A DNA stretch of 64,000 bases from an uncultured Bacillota bacterium (GCA_902491575.1 CABUID010000003.1:631-64630), one strand, 5' to 3'; positions 32,014 through 43,600 are shown, numbered from the stretch's first letter. A program made the numbers and translations. The notes: generated from the sequence alone by a model not told the origin.

Positions 32014-34739
32014 TGCGCAAAAAAAACATAGAACAAGAAAAATACATTAGCAATGCAATGCTAAAATTAAAAGATATTAAAAAAGACTATCCAGTCGGTG
32101 GTAGTGGTGAACCTGTTCATGCACTTAAAAATATCCATCTCAATTTTCGCAAAAATGAATTTGTATCCATTCTTGGTCCATCAGGTTGTGGAAAGACAAC
32201 TTTATTAAACATAATCGGCGGCTTAGATAAATATACAAGTGGTGATTTAATTATTGCAGGCAAATCTACCAAGAAATATAATGATCGTGATTGGGATGTC
32301 TACCGAAATCATCGAATTGGCTTTATTTTTCAAAGTTATAATTTAATTCCACATCAAACAATACTTGGCAATGTTGAACTTGCTTTGACAATTGCTGGTA
32401 TGCCAAAAAAAGAAAGAATTGAAAAAGCCAAAAAAGCCTTGGATAAAGTAGGATTAAAAGATGCTTACTACAAACATCCTAACCAATTATCAGGTGGACA
32501 ATGCCAAAGAGTGGCAATCGCTAGAGCTTTAGTCAATGAACCAGAAATCCTTTTGGCCGATGAACCTACGGGTGCTTTAGACACAGTGACATCTAAACAA
32601 ATTATGGATTTGATTTGTGAGATTTCAAAGGAAAAATTAGTCATTATGGTTACCCATAATCCTGAAATTGCTGAACAATATTCAACTCGTATCATTCGCT
32701 TATTAGATGGTGAGGTCGTATCCGATAGTAACCCTTTCCAAGATGAATGGATTGAAAATAATGATTCTATAAAAGTAAATGAAAAAGCTAAAATGTCATT
32801 TTGGACAGCTTTTAAATTATCTTTCCGAAATTTAATTTCAAAGTTTAAACGTACTATATTGGTTTGTATTGCCGGCTCTATAGGTATTGTTGGTGTTTCT
32901 ACAGTTTTAGCTGTTTCAGCTGGTGTTCATAATTACATTGATAGTATGCAAGATGATATGCTTTCTGGAAATCCAATTACCATTAATGAAGTAACATATG
33001 ATTTAAATAATATGTTAAATGAGCAAAGTACTTTTGAAAAAATTGAAATTGTAAAAGAAAATGGCTTTATCAATGTAGATTCTTTAGTTGAATATTTAAT
33101 AAAAAGGTCTTCTACAATGGATAACTATAAAATTAGTAATGATATTACGGAAGATTATATCCAATATATTTTAAATATGCCTAAAGAAAATTATGCAGCT
33201 TTAGCTTTAGACTATAGCGTAGATATTACCAATAATATTTATACTGATTGGAAATATAGTGCTGAAGGTGAAGCTAAAAATATGTCTGTTTCAGCCATCA
33301 CGAAAATGTATACTTCTGTTCTTAAGAAAACGGAATTTGATAGTTATGCATCTTATATATCCCAATTAAATGCTGCTTTAGCACAAGCACCTGGTAATGA
33401 TGAATATATATTATCACAATATGATTTACTCGAAGGTGAACTGGCAAAAAATGAAAACGAAATCATGGTTGTCGTCAATAAAAACACTCAATTGACAGAT
33501 GTATTATTAGCTCAGTTAGGTTATTATACTCAAAATGAATTCATTAATATTATCTATAAAGCAACCGATAATGAAAATTACAATGAGGCAAATGATAAAT
33601 ATAAATTTGCTTATCAAGAAATTTTAAATAAAACTTTTACTTGGTATCCAAATGATGTCGTCTTTACACAAAATTCTGGTCCTATGGCTGAAGTCAATCC
33701 ATTTACATATAGTGCATATGTAAACGATACTTTCAAAGATGGATTAGAGTTGAAAGTGACAGGAATTTTACAACCAAAAGAAAATATTTCTTATGGTTGC
33801 TTAGATGCTGGTTTTTATTATACAGAAGCTTTGACAAAAAAGATAATTCAATCCAATATTGAATCTGAAATTGTAAAGTATTACCAAAGCAAAAATACAG
33901 ACACCATTACAAGTGGTCCATATATCTATCCTGCTACAGGACAAACTATCCCAATGGGGGTTACTTACACCTATGATTATATTTACGAAGGCGAAACTTT
34001 TGAAAATGAAATTGGATATCTTGGTAGTGAATCTGGAATGTCTTCTTTTATGTCTTTCATTCAAAGTATTATTGGAAGTGGAAATACAGATACACAAACT
34101 GAATACTACTCCATTACAATAAGACAATTAGGAGGAAATGATTTAGCCAATAATATAGCGATTTATCCAATCGACTTTGATAGTAAATATAAGGTTACAG
34201 AATATCTTGATAAATGGAATCAAGATGGTGACATTTTACTTCAAGATAAAGTTATTCATAAAGAAGACAGAAGTAATGTCACTTATACAGATAATTTAGA
34301 AATTGTCATTCGATTAATCAATACCATGATTGATATTATAACTTATGCATTAATTGTATTTACCGCTTTATCTTTACTTGTATCCACAGTAATGATAGGT
34401 ATTATCACCTATGTATCTGTTGTTGAGCGAGTAAAAGAAATTGGTGTCATTCGTTCTCTTGGTGGAAGAAAACGTGATGTTTCTTATTTATTCAATGCAG
34501 AAACCTTTATCATCGGCTTAGCAAGTGGTATTTTTGGAATCTTATTTACACTGGGTATATCTGGAATTATCAACTTGATTGTTGGTCACTTTAGTGGAAT
34601 TTATACAATTGCCGCTTTACCATTCTCAAATGCTTTAATTATGATTATTATCAGTATTTTATTGACACTTATTTCTGGTTTAATCCCTGCCAAAGCAGCA
34701 GCTAAGAAAAATCCAGTAGAAGCCTTAAGAACGGAATAA
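32014..34739 (+). CDS. Fused ABC transporter ATP-binding domain + large extracytoplasmic domain + FtsX-type permease (MacB-like)
   Basis: RBS AAGGAGG precedes the start. Walker A GPSGCGKTT, signature LSGGQCQRVAIARAL and Walker B LLADEPT are present, with 4 C-terminal TMs typical of FtsX/MacB. Confidence 0.8.
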
Positions 34740-34760
34740 TAATAATCAATAACTTTTTAA

Positions 34761-34797
34761 GAAAATAGATTCAAAATATTTGAATCTATTTTTTTTA
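34761..34797. terminator. Rho-independent terminator (palindromic, potentially bidirectional)
   Basis: A 14-bp perfect stem aaaatagattcaaa/tttgaatctatttt is followed by a T-run. Confidence 0.55.
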
Positions 34798-34963
34798 TGA
34801 ATAAGATTGTCAAATACTTTCTTTTACTATGATGAATTAATTTTATTTTTCAACAAATTTAAAATAGCATTTTAAACGAAAAATTTAGTTTTTTCTTTTC
34901 ATATTTCTTTTGTTTAAATTTTCTTTTTGATATAATAATGAATGTATTGTATGGAGGACGAAT

Positions 34964-36448
34964 ATGAAAAAGATAGCTTTTGATAATGAATATTATTTAA
35001 AAATACAAAGAAATGAAATCAATAAAAGAATTGCCTCCTTTGGTGATAAACTCTATCTTGAATTTGGTGGAAAACTATTTGATGATTATCACGCCGCTAG
35101 AGTACTTCCAGGATTTCAACCTGATAGTAAATTAAAAATGCTTCTTGGATTAAAAGAAAAAGCAGAAATCGTCATTGTCGTAAATTCAGAAGATATTAAT
35201 GCAAATAAAGTAAGAAATGATATTGGGATTACTTATCAAGCTGAAGTAGAAAGATTAATTGATGCTTTCCATGAAGTCGATTTATATGTGAGTAGTGTTG
35301 TTTTATCCTTTTATCAAGATACACCACTCATTGATGCCTTTATCACTAAATTAAAAAACAATCATATCAAAACTTATAAACATTATAAAATCAATGGGTA
35401 TCCGCAAAATATTCCTTTAATCGTTAGTGAAGAAGGTCTTGGAAAAAATGAATATATTGAAACCACCAGATCACTAGTTATTATCACTGCACCTGGACCA
35501 GGAAGTGGAAAAATGGCCACTTGTTTATCTCAACTTTATCATGATAATAAAAAAGGTATCCGTGCAGGCTATGCCAAATATGAAACCTTTCCTATTTGGA
35601 ATTTACCTTTAAAACATCCAGTGAATTTAGCTTATGAAGCAGCAACAGTAGACTTAAATGATGTCAATATGATTGATCCATTCCATCTAGAAAAATACAA
35701 TAAAATGGCTGTAAATTATAATCGTGATGTTGAAGTATTTCCTTTATTAAAAGCTATCTTTGAAAAAATATATGGGGAAAGCCCTTACTTTTCTCCTACT
35801 GATATGGGAGTAAATATGGCTGGTTTTGCAATTAAAAATGATGAAGCAGCTACTCAAGCAAGTAAAAATGAAATTATTCGCCGATATTTTCAAGCCTTAA
35901 AAAATAACTACTATGGTAAGTTTACGGATGAATGTGTATTAAAAGAAGAAATGTTAATGAATCAAATCGGTGTTTCTGTTTCTGAAAGAAAATGTGTACA
36001 AGCCTGTTTGAAAAAAGCAAATAAAGAGAATGTTCCTTGTGTCGCTTTAGAATTAAATAATGGTCAAATCATTACCGGAAAAAGATCGCCATTATTTGGA
36101 GCTCCTGCAGCAGTATTATTAAATGCTTTAAAGAAACTAGCTAAAATTGATGATTCTTTAACATTGATTTCTCCTCATGTCATTGAACCTATTCAACATT
36201 TAAAAGTAGATGATTTGAAAAACCACAATCCTCGTTTACACTTAGAAGAAGTTTTGATTGCATTAGCTATTCAAGCAACCACAAATACTTTATCAGAAAT
36301 TGCTTTAAAACAATTACCAAAATTAAAAGGTTGTCAGGCACATTCCTCTATTATCTTACCTGAAAGTGATTTGAATACTTTTAAAAAATTGGGCATTGAT
36401 ATTACGGAAGAGCCTGTCAGTTATGCAAAAAGATTATATACAAAATAA
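34964..36448 (+). CDS. DUF1846/UPF0371-family protein
   Basis: Characteristic N-terminus ...YLKIQRNEI..R...FGDKLYLEFGGKLFDDYHAARVLPGF. Length is 494 aa. Confidence 0.65.
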   Translation: MKKIAFDNEYYLKIQRNEINKRIASFGDKLYLEFGGKLFDDYHAARVLPGFQPDSKLKMLLGLKEKAEIVIVVNSEDINANKVRNDIGITYQAEVERLIDAFHEVDLYVSSVVLSFYQDTPLIDAFITKLKNNHIKTYKHYKINGYPQNIPLIVSEEGLGKNEYIETTRSLVIITAPGPGSGKMATCLSQLYHDNKKGIRAGYAKYETFPIWNLPLKHPVNLAYEAATVDLNDVNMIDPFHLEKYNKMAVNYNRDVEVFPLLKAIFEKIYGESPYFSPTDMGVNMAGFAIKNDEAATQASKNEIIRRYFQALKNNYYGKFTDECVLKEEMLMNQIGVSVSERKCVQACLKKANKENVPCVALELNNGQIITGKRSPLFGAPAAVLLNALKKLAKIDDSLTLISPHVIEPIQHLKVDDLKNHNPRLHLEEVLIALAIQATTNTLSEIALKQLPKLKGCQAHSSIILPESDLNTFKKLGIDITEEPVSYAKRLYTK

Positions 36449-36476
36449 AAAGGTTATCGAAATAACCTTTTTTTAT
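36447..36476. terminator. Bidirectional terminator between convergent DUF1846 and rnj genes
   Basis: aaaaggttat-cgaa-ataacctttt with flanking T/A runs. It overlaps both stop codons. Confidence 0.5.
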
Positions 36477-38134
36477 ACAGAAATAATAACAGGTAAAATC
36501 ATCGGTTCTCTATCTACTTCTGCTTTTACCAAAGCCTGAATTTTCTCCTTACATAAAGATCTCAATTCATTAAAATCAACTAAACCAGGTTTTTGTACAA
36601 ATTCATAAACCGTATCGGAAAAACATTTTGAAACTTTTTCAACGAATGCGGTTGCACTACGATTCAAAATAAATCCTCTCATTTGAACATCGGGTCCAGC
36701 AACAATTTTTCTTGTTGACATTGAAAAAGACACTCCTAATATCATGACACCATCTTGTTGTAACTTTCTTCGGTCATTGATAACGACATTGCCAACATCA
36801 CCAATTCCAATACCATCCACCATCACTTCATCAGCACTAATGGTATCAAATGTTCGAACCAATTCACCATTTTTAAAATTAGCAACCATACCATTATCAT
36901 AAACTAAAATATTACTATGATTATAACCTTGATCTAAAGCTAATCTTGCATTATCCACCATCTTATTATAATAACCTCTTACTGGCATATAATATTTTGG
37001 TTTAAAAATAGATAGCATTGTTTTTAAATCCTCACTACCAGCATGCATGCTCACATAATCTTTGGTTATATTATAAATTTGAGCATCTGTTTTATAAAGC
37101 TTATCGAGAATTCTTGCAAAAGACAATTCAGTTCCAGCATGAGCTGGAGAAGCAATAATAAACGCATCTTCTGCATTGATTTTTAATGATTTTTCCGTAT
37201 CATTCGCTAAAGCAATTTCATTTAACTTTTCAAAAACTTTATTTCCTAATTCACTGACGACAACGATACAATCATGATCAAAGATATTTGTAGTTATTAA
37301 ATTTTCAGGTAATGAAAAATCGTGAATTTCATCTTTTAATAAAGACACTGTTTCTCTAACTTGTCTTGTGTATAAATATACTTTTCGATGATTTAATTTA
37401 GCACAATCCATAATTTCTTGTAATTGAAAAATCGTTTGTCCATAAATCGAAATAAATATACGACCTTTCACTTCATCGCATATAGTATTTAATTTCATAG
37501 ACAAATGATTATTGGGAGCAACATATCCTGAATAAGAAGCATTATAGGATTCAGCAAGTAAAGCAAGCGTAGGTATTTTAGAAATTTCCATTAAACGTGG
37601 TAAACAAGTATCATAAGGCGCTTTTTGAGAGAAGTCCAATATAAAATCACCTGTATAAACAATCAAGCCATTTTCAGTTTCTAAAGCATAACCACAAGCG
37701 TTTGGAACACTATGTGAAACACTAAAAGCATGAATTTTTACTCCATTGACAATAAAAGATTGATTACAATGAATAACATGAAAATGAGCAGAACGTATAT
37801 TTTTACCAAATCTTTCTGCTGTTTGATATAAAGATAACAAGGTAAAGTTTGTACAATAAATATCGACAGGTGTACCAATTTCTTCAATAATAAAAGGTAA
37901 AGCACCAATATTTTCATCATGACCATGAGTTAAAAAGATTCCTTTTATACAATCTTTTTTACTAACTAAATATTGATATCCTGGCAAAATGACATCAATA
38001 CCTAATAAGGATTCTTCAGGATATCGAAGGCCTGCGTCAAAAACATAAATCTGATCATTATATTCTACAACATATAATGATTTTCCATTTTCATCTAGTC
38101 CCCCTAAAGCAAATATTCTTACATTTTCTGTCAT
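36473..38134 (-). CDS. rnj: Ribonuclease J (metallo-beta-lactamase/beta-CASP), with degenerate catalytic motifs (J2-like)
   Basis: Collinear with B. subtilis RNase J1 over 553 aa. Motif II reads HGHDEN instead of HGHEDH, and the distal PIHGE histidine is R (PVRGY). Confidence 0.8.
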   Translation of the reverse strand: MTENVRIFALGGLDENGKSLYVVEYNDQIYVFDAGLRYPEESLLGIDVILPGYQYLVSKKDCIKGIFLTHGHDENIGALPFIIEEIGTPVDIYCTNFTLLSLYQTAERFGKNIRSAHFHVIHCNQSFIVNGVKIHAFSVSHSVPNACGYALETENGLIVYTGDFILDFSQKAPYDTCLPRLMEISKIPTLALLAESYNASYSGYVAPNNHLSMKLNTICDEVKGRIFISIYGQTIFQLQEIMDCAKLNHRKVYLYTRQVRETVSLLKDEIHDFSLPENLITTNIFDHDCIVVVSELGNKVFEKLNEIALANDTEKSLKINAEDAFIIASPAHAGTELSFARILDKLYKTDAQIYNITKDYVSMHAGSEDLKTMLSIFKPKYYMPVRGYYNKMVDNARLALDQGYNHSNILVYDNGMVANFKNGELVRTFDTISADEVMVDGIGIGDVGNVVINDRRKLQQDGVMILGVSFSMSTRKIVAGPDVQMRGFILNRSATAFVEKVSKCFSDTVYEFVQKPGLVDFNELRSLCKEKIQALVKAEVDREPMILPVIISV

Positions 38135-38154
38135 ATTTGTTCATCACACCTTTC

Positions 38155-39051
38155 TTATTCTTCCATTTTGTGGATTGCATTTATAAAAGCTAAAACCATT
38201 GAAACATCCTTACGATAATTTTTAACCATTGTCTCATCAATCGGATTTTTAATTTCAACTTCTGCATAATGATGAGCATTATCGATACATAGTACCATTG
38301 TATTTTTTCTTACAAATAAAGATACTGGTCCTTTAGCTTGTAAGCGCAATACATAAAGTTTATCAAGTAAAGATAGAATATTATTGGTTGGTTTTTCATT
38401 TTTATAAAAAACTTCAAAATTCTCATTATACTTTTTAAACTTTAAAGGTAATTCTATGTTATATTCTTTCTCCGAAAGTTCTTTTTTTCTTGAAATATCA
38501 GGAATTTTTTTTCCATAAATATTAAATTTAGATTCACTAGCATAAGGAATAATATAAATTCGACCAAAAAAATGATTGATTGTTTTCTTTACAGTCTTGC
38601 TTCCTTTTTTTCCTTTTTGCTTAGCAATTTTTATTTCATCAAATGCTCGAACTGTAGTCGATTCTATCAATTGATCTTTATAAACAAAACTATAATAGTC
38701 TGTACAACCATACTGAGCAAAATTATCATTCACTAAATTTAATTTTAAAAATGATTCTTTACTATAACCTTTTTTACGATTAAACTTAACCTCGCTTACT
38801 AAGCCATTTAAAGACTCTAAAATAATTAATTTTAAAAGTTTTGATTGCATAGGAGCTCCAACTGCTGTTAAAAACAAAAAGAGGGCCATGATTGTAGCTA
38901 ATAAAATCGATAAAGTAGTCATCGTTGAATTTTCAGTTACATTTTTAAATCCTAACCAATAAAGTAAAAACATACCTACTAAAACGATAATAATCATCCC
39001 ACAATATTGTACAATCTTAGCCAATTTACGATATTTTTCTATTTTTTCCAT
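38155..39051 (-). CDS. Hypothetical membrane-anchored protein (two N-terminal TMs; possibly DUF3137-like)
   Basis: Only the ORF and its hydropathy support this call. Confidence 0.35.
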   Translation of the reverse strand: MEKIEKYRKLAKIVQYCGMIIIVLVGMFLLYWLGFKNVTENSTMTTLSILLATIMALFLFLTAVGAPMQSKLLKLIILESLNGLVSEVKFNRKKGYSKESFLKLNLVNDNFAQYGCTDYYSFVYKDQLIESTTVRAFDEIKIAKQKGKKGSKTVKKTINHFFGRIYIIPYASESKFNIYGKKIPDISRKKELSEKEYNIELPLKFKKYNENFEVFYKNEKPTNNILSLLDKLYVLRLQAKGPVSLFVRKNTMVLCIDNAHHYAEVEIKNPIDETMVKNYRKDVSMVLAFINAIHKMEE

Positions 39052-39254
39052 AACATCACATCCATTTTCTTCTTTATGATTATACTATAAAAGATATAAA
39101 AATTAAAGTATTAATTATATAAATAATTAATCATCAAAAAAAAGGGATTTTCTTATAACTTTATTCACATTTTTAGGCTTATTTCATATTATAGAATGAA
39201 AGCATAAAATAAAAATGCTTTTCATAAAATAATATGATTTAGGATCGTGATTCA

Positions 39255-40109
39255 ATGTTTGGAAAAATTATAACAGCAGTTGTGACACCTTTTGATGAAA
39301 ACAATAATATTGATTTTGAAAGTTTAAAAAAACTATTAAACCACCTTGCAGAAACGCATACAGATAGCGTAGTAATAGCAGGAACTACAGGAGAGGGTTC
39401 CACACTTTCTTTAAATGAAAAAATAAACTTGTTTACTTTTGCAAAAGAAAACTTACCTAAAAGAATAAAAGTAATTGCAGCTATCGGTACAAATAACACT
39501 ATGGAAACCATAAAAATAGTCAAACGAGTAAATAAAATCAATGTCGATGGTTATTTGATCATTACCCCTTATTATAACAAGCCATCACAAGAAGGAATCT
39601 ATCAACATTTTAAGGCTATCGATAGTATTTCAACGAAACCCATTCTAGTTTACAACGTAGCTTCAAGATGTGGTGTAGAAGCAAATTTTCAAACACTGAT
39701 TCGCTTATATCATGATTGTAACCATATTGTCGGTTTAAAACATGCCTCGAAAAATATCACTTTAATCTCTTCATTAAAAAAAGAAATGCCACAATTTCTA
39801 ATTTATGGTGGCGAAGATCACTTTATCCTTGACGTATTAAAAAATGGTGGCGATGGGATTATATCCGTCATTACAAATTATTATGGAAATGAAGTTTATG
39901 AACTCATACAAGATTTCCATAATGGATTTGAAAATATGACTTTGTATGAATATACCCAAATGATTGCAGAAATAGCTTTTATCGAATCTTCACCTGCACC
40001 TATAAAATATATTCTCTACAAACATGGCTTAATATTAAATCATTTAAGATTACCACTTGTTCCTCTTTCTTCTCCATTTAAACAACTTATCGACAATATT
40101 TTGGATTAA
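39255..40109 (+). CDS. dapA: 4-hydroxy-tetrahydrodipicolinate synthase
   Basis: AVVTPF, GTTGEGSTLS and the Schiff-base Lys in GLKHASKN are present. Length is 284 aa. Confidence 0.9.
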   Translation: MFGKIITAVVTPFDENNNIDFESLKKLLNHLAETHTDSVVIAGTTGEGSTLSLNEKINLFTFAKENLPKRIKVIAAIGTNNTMETIKIVKRVNKINVDGYLIITPYYNKPSQEGIYQHFKAIDSISTKPILVYNVASRCGVEANFQTLIRLYHDCNHIVGLKHASKNITLISSLKKEMPQFLIYGGEDHFILDVLKNGGDGIISVITNYYGNEVYELIQDFHNGFENMTLYEYTQMIAEIAFIESSPAPIKYILYKHGLILNHLRLPLVPLSSPFKQLIDNILD

Positions 40110-40120
40110 GTACTATCAAA

Positions 40121-40150
40121 AAAACAGATGATCATCTGTTTTTTTGCATT
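40121..40150. terminator. Bidirectional terminator between dapA and the convergent MATE gene
   Basis: Palindrome aaaaacagatgatcatctgttttt. Confidence 0.5.
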
Positions 40151-41596
40151 TTATACTTTGATTTTCGTCCATTTTCGGGAATGAAAACGGATTAAATTTA
40201 GACTCATTCGTAAACCTTGGTCGATAAATTGAGCAATCCATGCACCATATATTCCTAGTCCTTGAACCATATTTCCTTCACTATCCATATGCGTAAATAA
40301 TAAATAAATCAAAACATAAGAGACGAGAGGTCTTATTAGTGTTACAGAAAGTAAAGAAGTAAGAGCCGTAAATTTACTATCTCCTGCAGATCTTAAAATT
40401 CCTGTACTGACCCATTGGATATTTTGAAAAATGCAAGCTGCACCAGCAATTAATAACGCATTACAAGCTGTATTGAGTTTATAAGTGGAATCGGGTTTAT
40501 ATAAACCTACTAAATTTTTCCTTAATAGAATCATTATTAAACATAAAATAATGCCACAACTCACAGACAAAATCATCGCAACTTTTGCATAAACAATTGC
40601 TAAATCCACTCTTTTTTCGCCAAGTTTATGTCCAATGATAGCTGCAGTTCCAATTGAAAAACCATCGGATAAAGTAAAGAGTAATGAATTAATATCATTA
40701 CATACACCTTGTATATAAGTATCTATCGTTCCTAAACCATTTACTATCATCGCAAAAATAATAAAACCAATTCGCATTAATATTTGTTCAATCATTACAG
40801 TTGGTAAAAGTTTAAATATCGAGTGAAGTGATTCTTTTTTCCATTTAAATAATCGAGTAAAACGAAATTGAATATAATCTTTTTGTTTATAAGCAGCAAA
40901 CAAAGATATTAAAAAGCCAACCATTTGTCCTATAATTGTCGCTAAAGCTGCACCCTTTATCCCTAAAGAAGGAAATCCTAATCTTCCTGTAATAAAACAA
41001 TAGTTGAAAAAGATATTTACAAGATTAGCGATGATATTAGAAATCATTGAAATTTTTGTGTTTCCAATTCCTTTTTGACAAGCATTCAATGCCATAGCTA
41101 AAGCATTAAAGATAAATCCAGCAGATAATATTTGCAAATAAGTAATGGCATAAGGTAAAGTATCTTCTTTCGCATTCATTAATAAACATAAGGGTTTGGC
41201 AAATAGAATAAAAAGAAGAGATGTCGTTAAAGATAAAAAAACAGCCAAGCCAATCCCAATGTGCATGGTTTTATTAGCCCCTTCAATGTCTTGTTGTCCT
41301 TTTCTTCTTGCAATGATAGCACTCAAAACAACATTTAAGGATTGTGAAAGACATACTAAAATGAAATAAGGCTGTTTACAAATCGTAACTGCTGCATTGG
41401 CAACATTTCCTATATCCGCAACTTGAATACCATCAAATAAAGTAACCAAAGCGACTAAAAAAGACTCAATCATACTTGCCCAAACAATCTTCATTACATC
41501 TTTTGAAATCGCAAAAAAGCCAGGAATTTCTCCTTGTTTTTCATTTTCTTTACAGTAGAAATTTGTATTCAACAATCTTTTCAAATGCATTTTCAA
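40151..41596 (-). CDS. MATE-family efflux transporter
   Basis: 12 TMs with the MATE duplicated 6-TM pattern. Length is 481 aa. Confidence 0.75.
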   Translation of the reverse strand: MKMHLKRLLNTNFYCKENEKQGEIPGFFAISKDVMKIVWASMIESFLVALVTLFDGIQVADIGNVANAAVTICKQPYFILVCLSQSLNVVLSAIIARRKGQQDIEGANKTMHIGIGLAVFLSLTTSLLFILFAKPLCLLMNAKEDTLPYAITYLQILSAGFIFNALAMALNACQKGIGNTKISMISNIIANLVNIFFNYCFITGRLGFPSLGIKGAALATIIGQMVGFLISLFAAYKQKDYIQFRFTRLFKWKKESLHSIFKLLPTVMIEQILMRIGFIIFAMIVNGLGTIDTYIQGVCNDINSLLFTLSDGFSIGTAAIIGHKLGEKRVDLAIVYAKVAMILSVSCGIILCLIMILLRKNLVGLYKPDSTYKLNTACNALLIAGAACIFQNIQWVSTGILRSAGDSKFTALTSLLSVTLIRPLVSYVLIYLLFTHMDSEGNMVQGLGIYGAWIAQFIDQGLRMSLNLIRFHSRKWTKIKV

Positions 41597-41602
41597 ACCT
41601 TC

Positions 41603-41908
41603 TTAAAAATCTTTTTTTGCTTCATATAATTCTTTCATTTTATTTAAATCTTTTGTTAATTGCACTACTCTTTTTTTTCTTGATTTTAAATCAACAAGAT
41701 TCATTAAAATAATCACTGCACCAATGAAAATCATCGAAACTATCCCACCTAATAAATCTTTATCAAAGGAATAATATAATACAACCATTATGATAATCAG
41801 AGCACCAAAAAAAATTCCGATATAATTAAAAATATATTTTCTTTTAATTTTATCAATAAAATCCATTAAGGAGTTAATTTCACTCATTTCTAATTTTTCA
41901 TATTTCAT
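41603..41908 (-). CDS. Small hypothetical membrane protein
   Basis: ORF with two TMs. Confidence 0.35.
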   Translation of the reverse strand: MKYEKLEMSEINSLMDFIDKIKRKYIFNYIGIFFGALIIIMVVLYYSFDKDLLGGIVSMIFIGAVIILMNLVDLKSRKKRVVQLTKDLNKMKELYEAKKDF

Positions 41909-41909
41909 T

Positions 41910-42617
41910 TTATTTTTTTAACATCGCTATTTCCATTTCAGTCAATAATCGATATTCTCCTTCTTTCAAATTTCTATCTAAAATTAATGAACCAAAAGAT
42001 ATTCTTTTCAATGCAATTACCTTTAAACCTAAAGCCATGAACATTCGCTTAACTTGATGAAATTTTCCTTCATGAATCGTAAGCATTGCCGTATTGTTTG
42101 ATGAAAGTTCAATAGTTGCAGGTAAAGTTAAATAACCATCTTCTAAAACAATTCCTTTTTCAAATTTTTCATAATATTCAGGAAGAAAAGTTCCTTCAAA
42201 TTCTACAAAATATTTTTTATCCACATGATTTTTAGGGCTTAATAATTGATGGCATAGTTGACCATCATTTGTTATTAACAATAGCCCTGTAGTATCTTTA
42301 TCTAATCTGCCGACAGGAAATATTTTATAAGAAGCATATTCATCTACTAAATCTAAAATCGTAGTTTCTTTTAAATCAAAAGTTGCCGTTACAACCCCTT
42401 TTGGTTTATTCAGCATAATATAAAGTAATTCATGGTAGGTTATATTTTGATTAAAAACCATCACTTCATCTTCATCCATATCTACTTTATAATCATCATC
42501 GGTAATCATTTGACCATTCACCATTACTTCTTTGCATCGTATGTATTTTTTTACTTCTTTCCGACTACCATATCCACAATGAGCTAACATTTTATCTAGT
42601 CGCATTTTCATATTCAT
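41910..42617 (-). CDS. Pseudouridine synthase, RsuA/RluB family (S4 domain + catalytic domain)
   Basis: The catalytic motif PVGRLDKDTTGLLLITNDGQL is present, with an N-terminal S4-like domain. Confidence 0.85.
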   Translation of the reverse strand: MNMKMRLDKMLAHCGYGSRKEVKKYIRCKEVMVNGQMITDDDYKVDMDEDEVMVFNQNITYHELLYIMLNKPKGVVTATFDLKETTILDLVDEYASYKIFPVGRLDKDTTGLLLITNDGQLCHQLLSPKNHVDKKYFVEFEGTFLPEYYEKFEKGIVLEDGYLTLPATIELSSNNTAMLTIHEGKFHQVKRMFMALGLKVIALKRISFGSLILDRNLKEGEYRLLTEMEIAMLKK

Positions 42618-43455
42618 TTTCTCCTTTTTGATAGATTAAAAGAACGAAGGCAGCTTTAGTAGTTAAACAATCCAATTCAAGCAATTTTTTCTTATCTTCC
42701 TGACTGGTTTTATAATAATACGGTGTCATTGTAAACAAATTATAAATTTCATCCTTTGTTTTCAATGTTATGTCTTTTTCAATATGTATTTCATCAATTA
42801 AATGAAATCCATTGATAGTTTTCTCTTTCATGACATTTAATATTACATTTTTATATAATTTTTTTTTCAAGTCATACAAATGATAAGCATCTGGAAGAAC
42901 ACGGATATAAAAGCCTTTGTCTTTTAATACACGATAAAATTCTTTTTCATCAAATAAGGCAAAGCAATTTAACATTATCGAAAAAGAATCGTTTAAAAAA
43001 GGTAAATTCATTAAATTTCCAATACAAAATTCAATTTGGTCAAGATTCATTTCTCTTTTTTTCTTGCATGCTTCTAAAATTGCATATTTAGAAATATCAA
43101 TTCCAATAGTATTCATATTCTTAATTTTGTTTACTTCTTGGTGTAAATAGTTCGTATAGTAACCTTCACCACAAGCTAAATCGCAAAAATTAAAAGTTTC
43201 AGAAGGGGCATATTTAAGGATATTTTCTAAAATGCATTGTCTTAAAAAACCATAATAATTTAATTTTAAAAATAATGCACGAGCCTCAATCATTTCTTTA
43301 CAATCACCAGGATCTACACTATGCTTTTGGTTGGCTAAAAGTAAATTAACATAACCTTTGGCTGCTAAATCATAGTTATGCTTATTTTCACATTGATAGC
43401 AATGATCTTTTTTTATCAATTCTTTTTGACAAACTGGACATTTAAAAAGGCTCAT
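42592..43455 (-). CDS. rRNA (guanine-N1)-methyltransferase RlmA-like (zinc ribbon + class I SAM MTase)
   Basis: An N-terminal CPVCQ...CYQCENKH zinc ribbon is followed by SAM motif I DLACGEGYYT. Confidence 0.7.
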   Translation of the reverse strand: MSLFKCPVCQKELIKKDHCYQCENKHNYDLAAKGYVNLLLANQKHSVDPGDCKEMIEARALFLKLNYYGFLRQCILENILKYAPSETFNFCDLACGEGYYTNYLHQEVNKIKNMNTIGIDISKYAILEACKKKREMNLDQIEFCIGNLMNLPFLNDSFSIMLNCFALFDEKEFYRVLKDKGFYIRVLPDAYHLYDLKKKLYKNVILNVMKEKTINGFHLIDEIHIEKDITLKTKDEIYNLFTMTPYYYKTSQEDKKKLLELDCLTTKAAFVLLIYQKGENEYENATR

Positions 43456-43544
43456 TTTTTACTCCTCTTTTTAAAATATTATATCATTTTGAAAACGAAA
43501 ACCAAACATTATTCTAAATGATTCGTTTGCGTTTGAAATTTTCT

Positions 43545-43600
43545 TGACAAAATCGGTGATACTCCATATAATAAATAGCAGATTTGAGACTGAGTCTCAA
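43545..43600 (+). promoter_or_regulatory. Sigma-A promoter (TTGACA-16-TATAAT) followed by a 17-bp 8-1-8 palindrome TTGAGACTgAGTCTCAA, a candidate operator of the Fur-family regulator
   Basis: The -35 is at 43545-50 and the -10 at 43567-72. The inverted repeat 43584-43600 lies just downstream of the predicted TSS and upstream of an RBS AAGAGGGA. Confidence 0.5.

Noticed and set aside
39200-39254. Possible lysine (L-box) riboswitch upstream of dapA
   Set aside because: The leader is only ~200 nt and lacks recognisable L-box conserved segments. There is just a small AT-rich hairpin (aaagcat...atgcttt).
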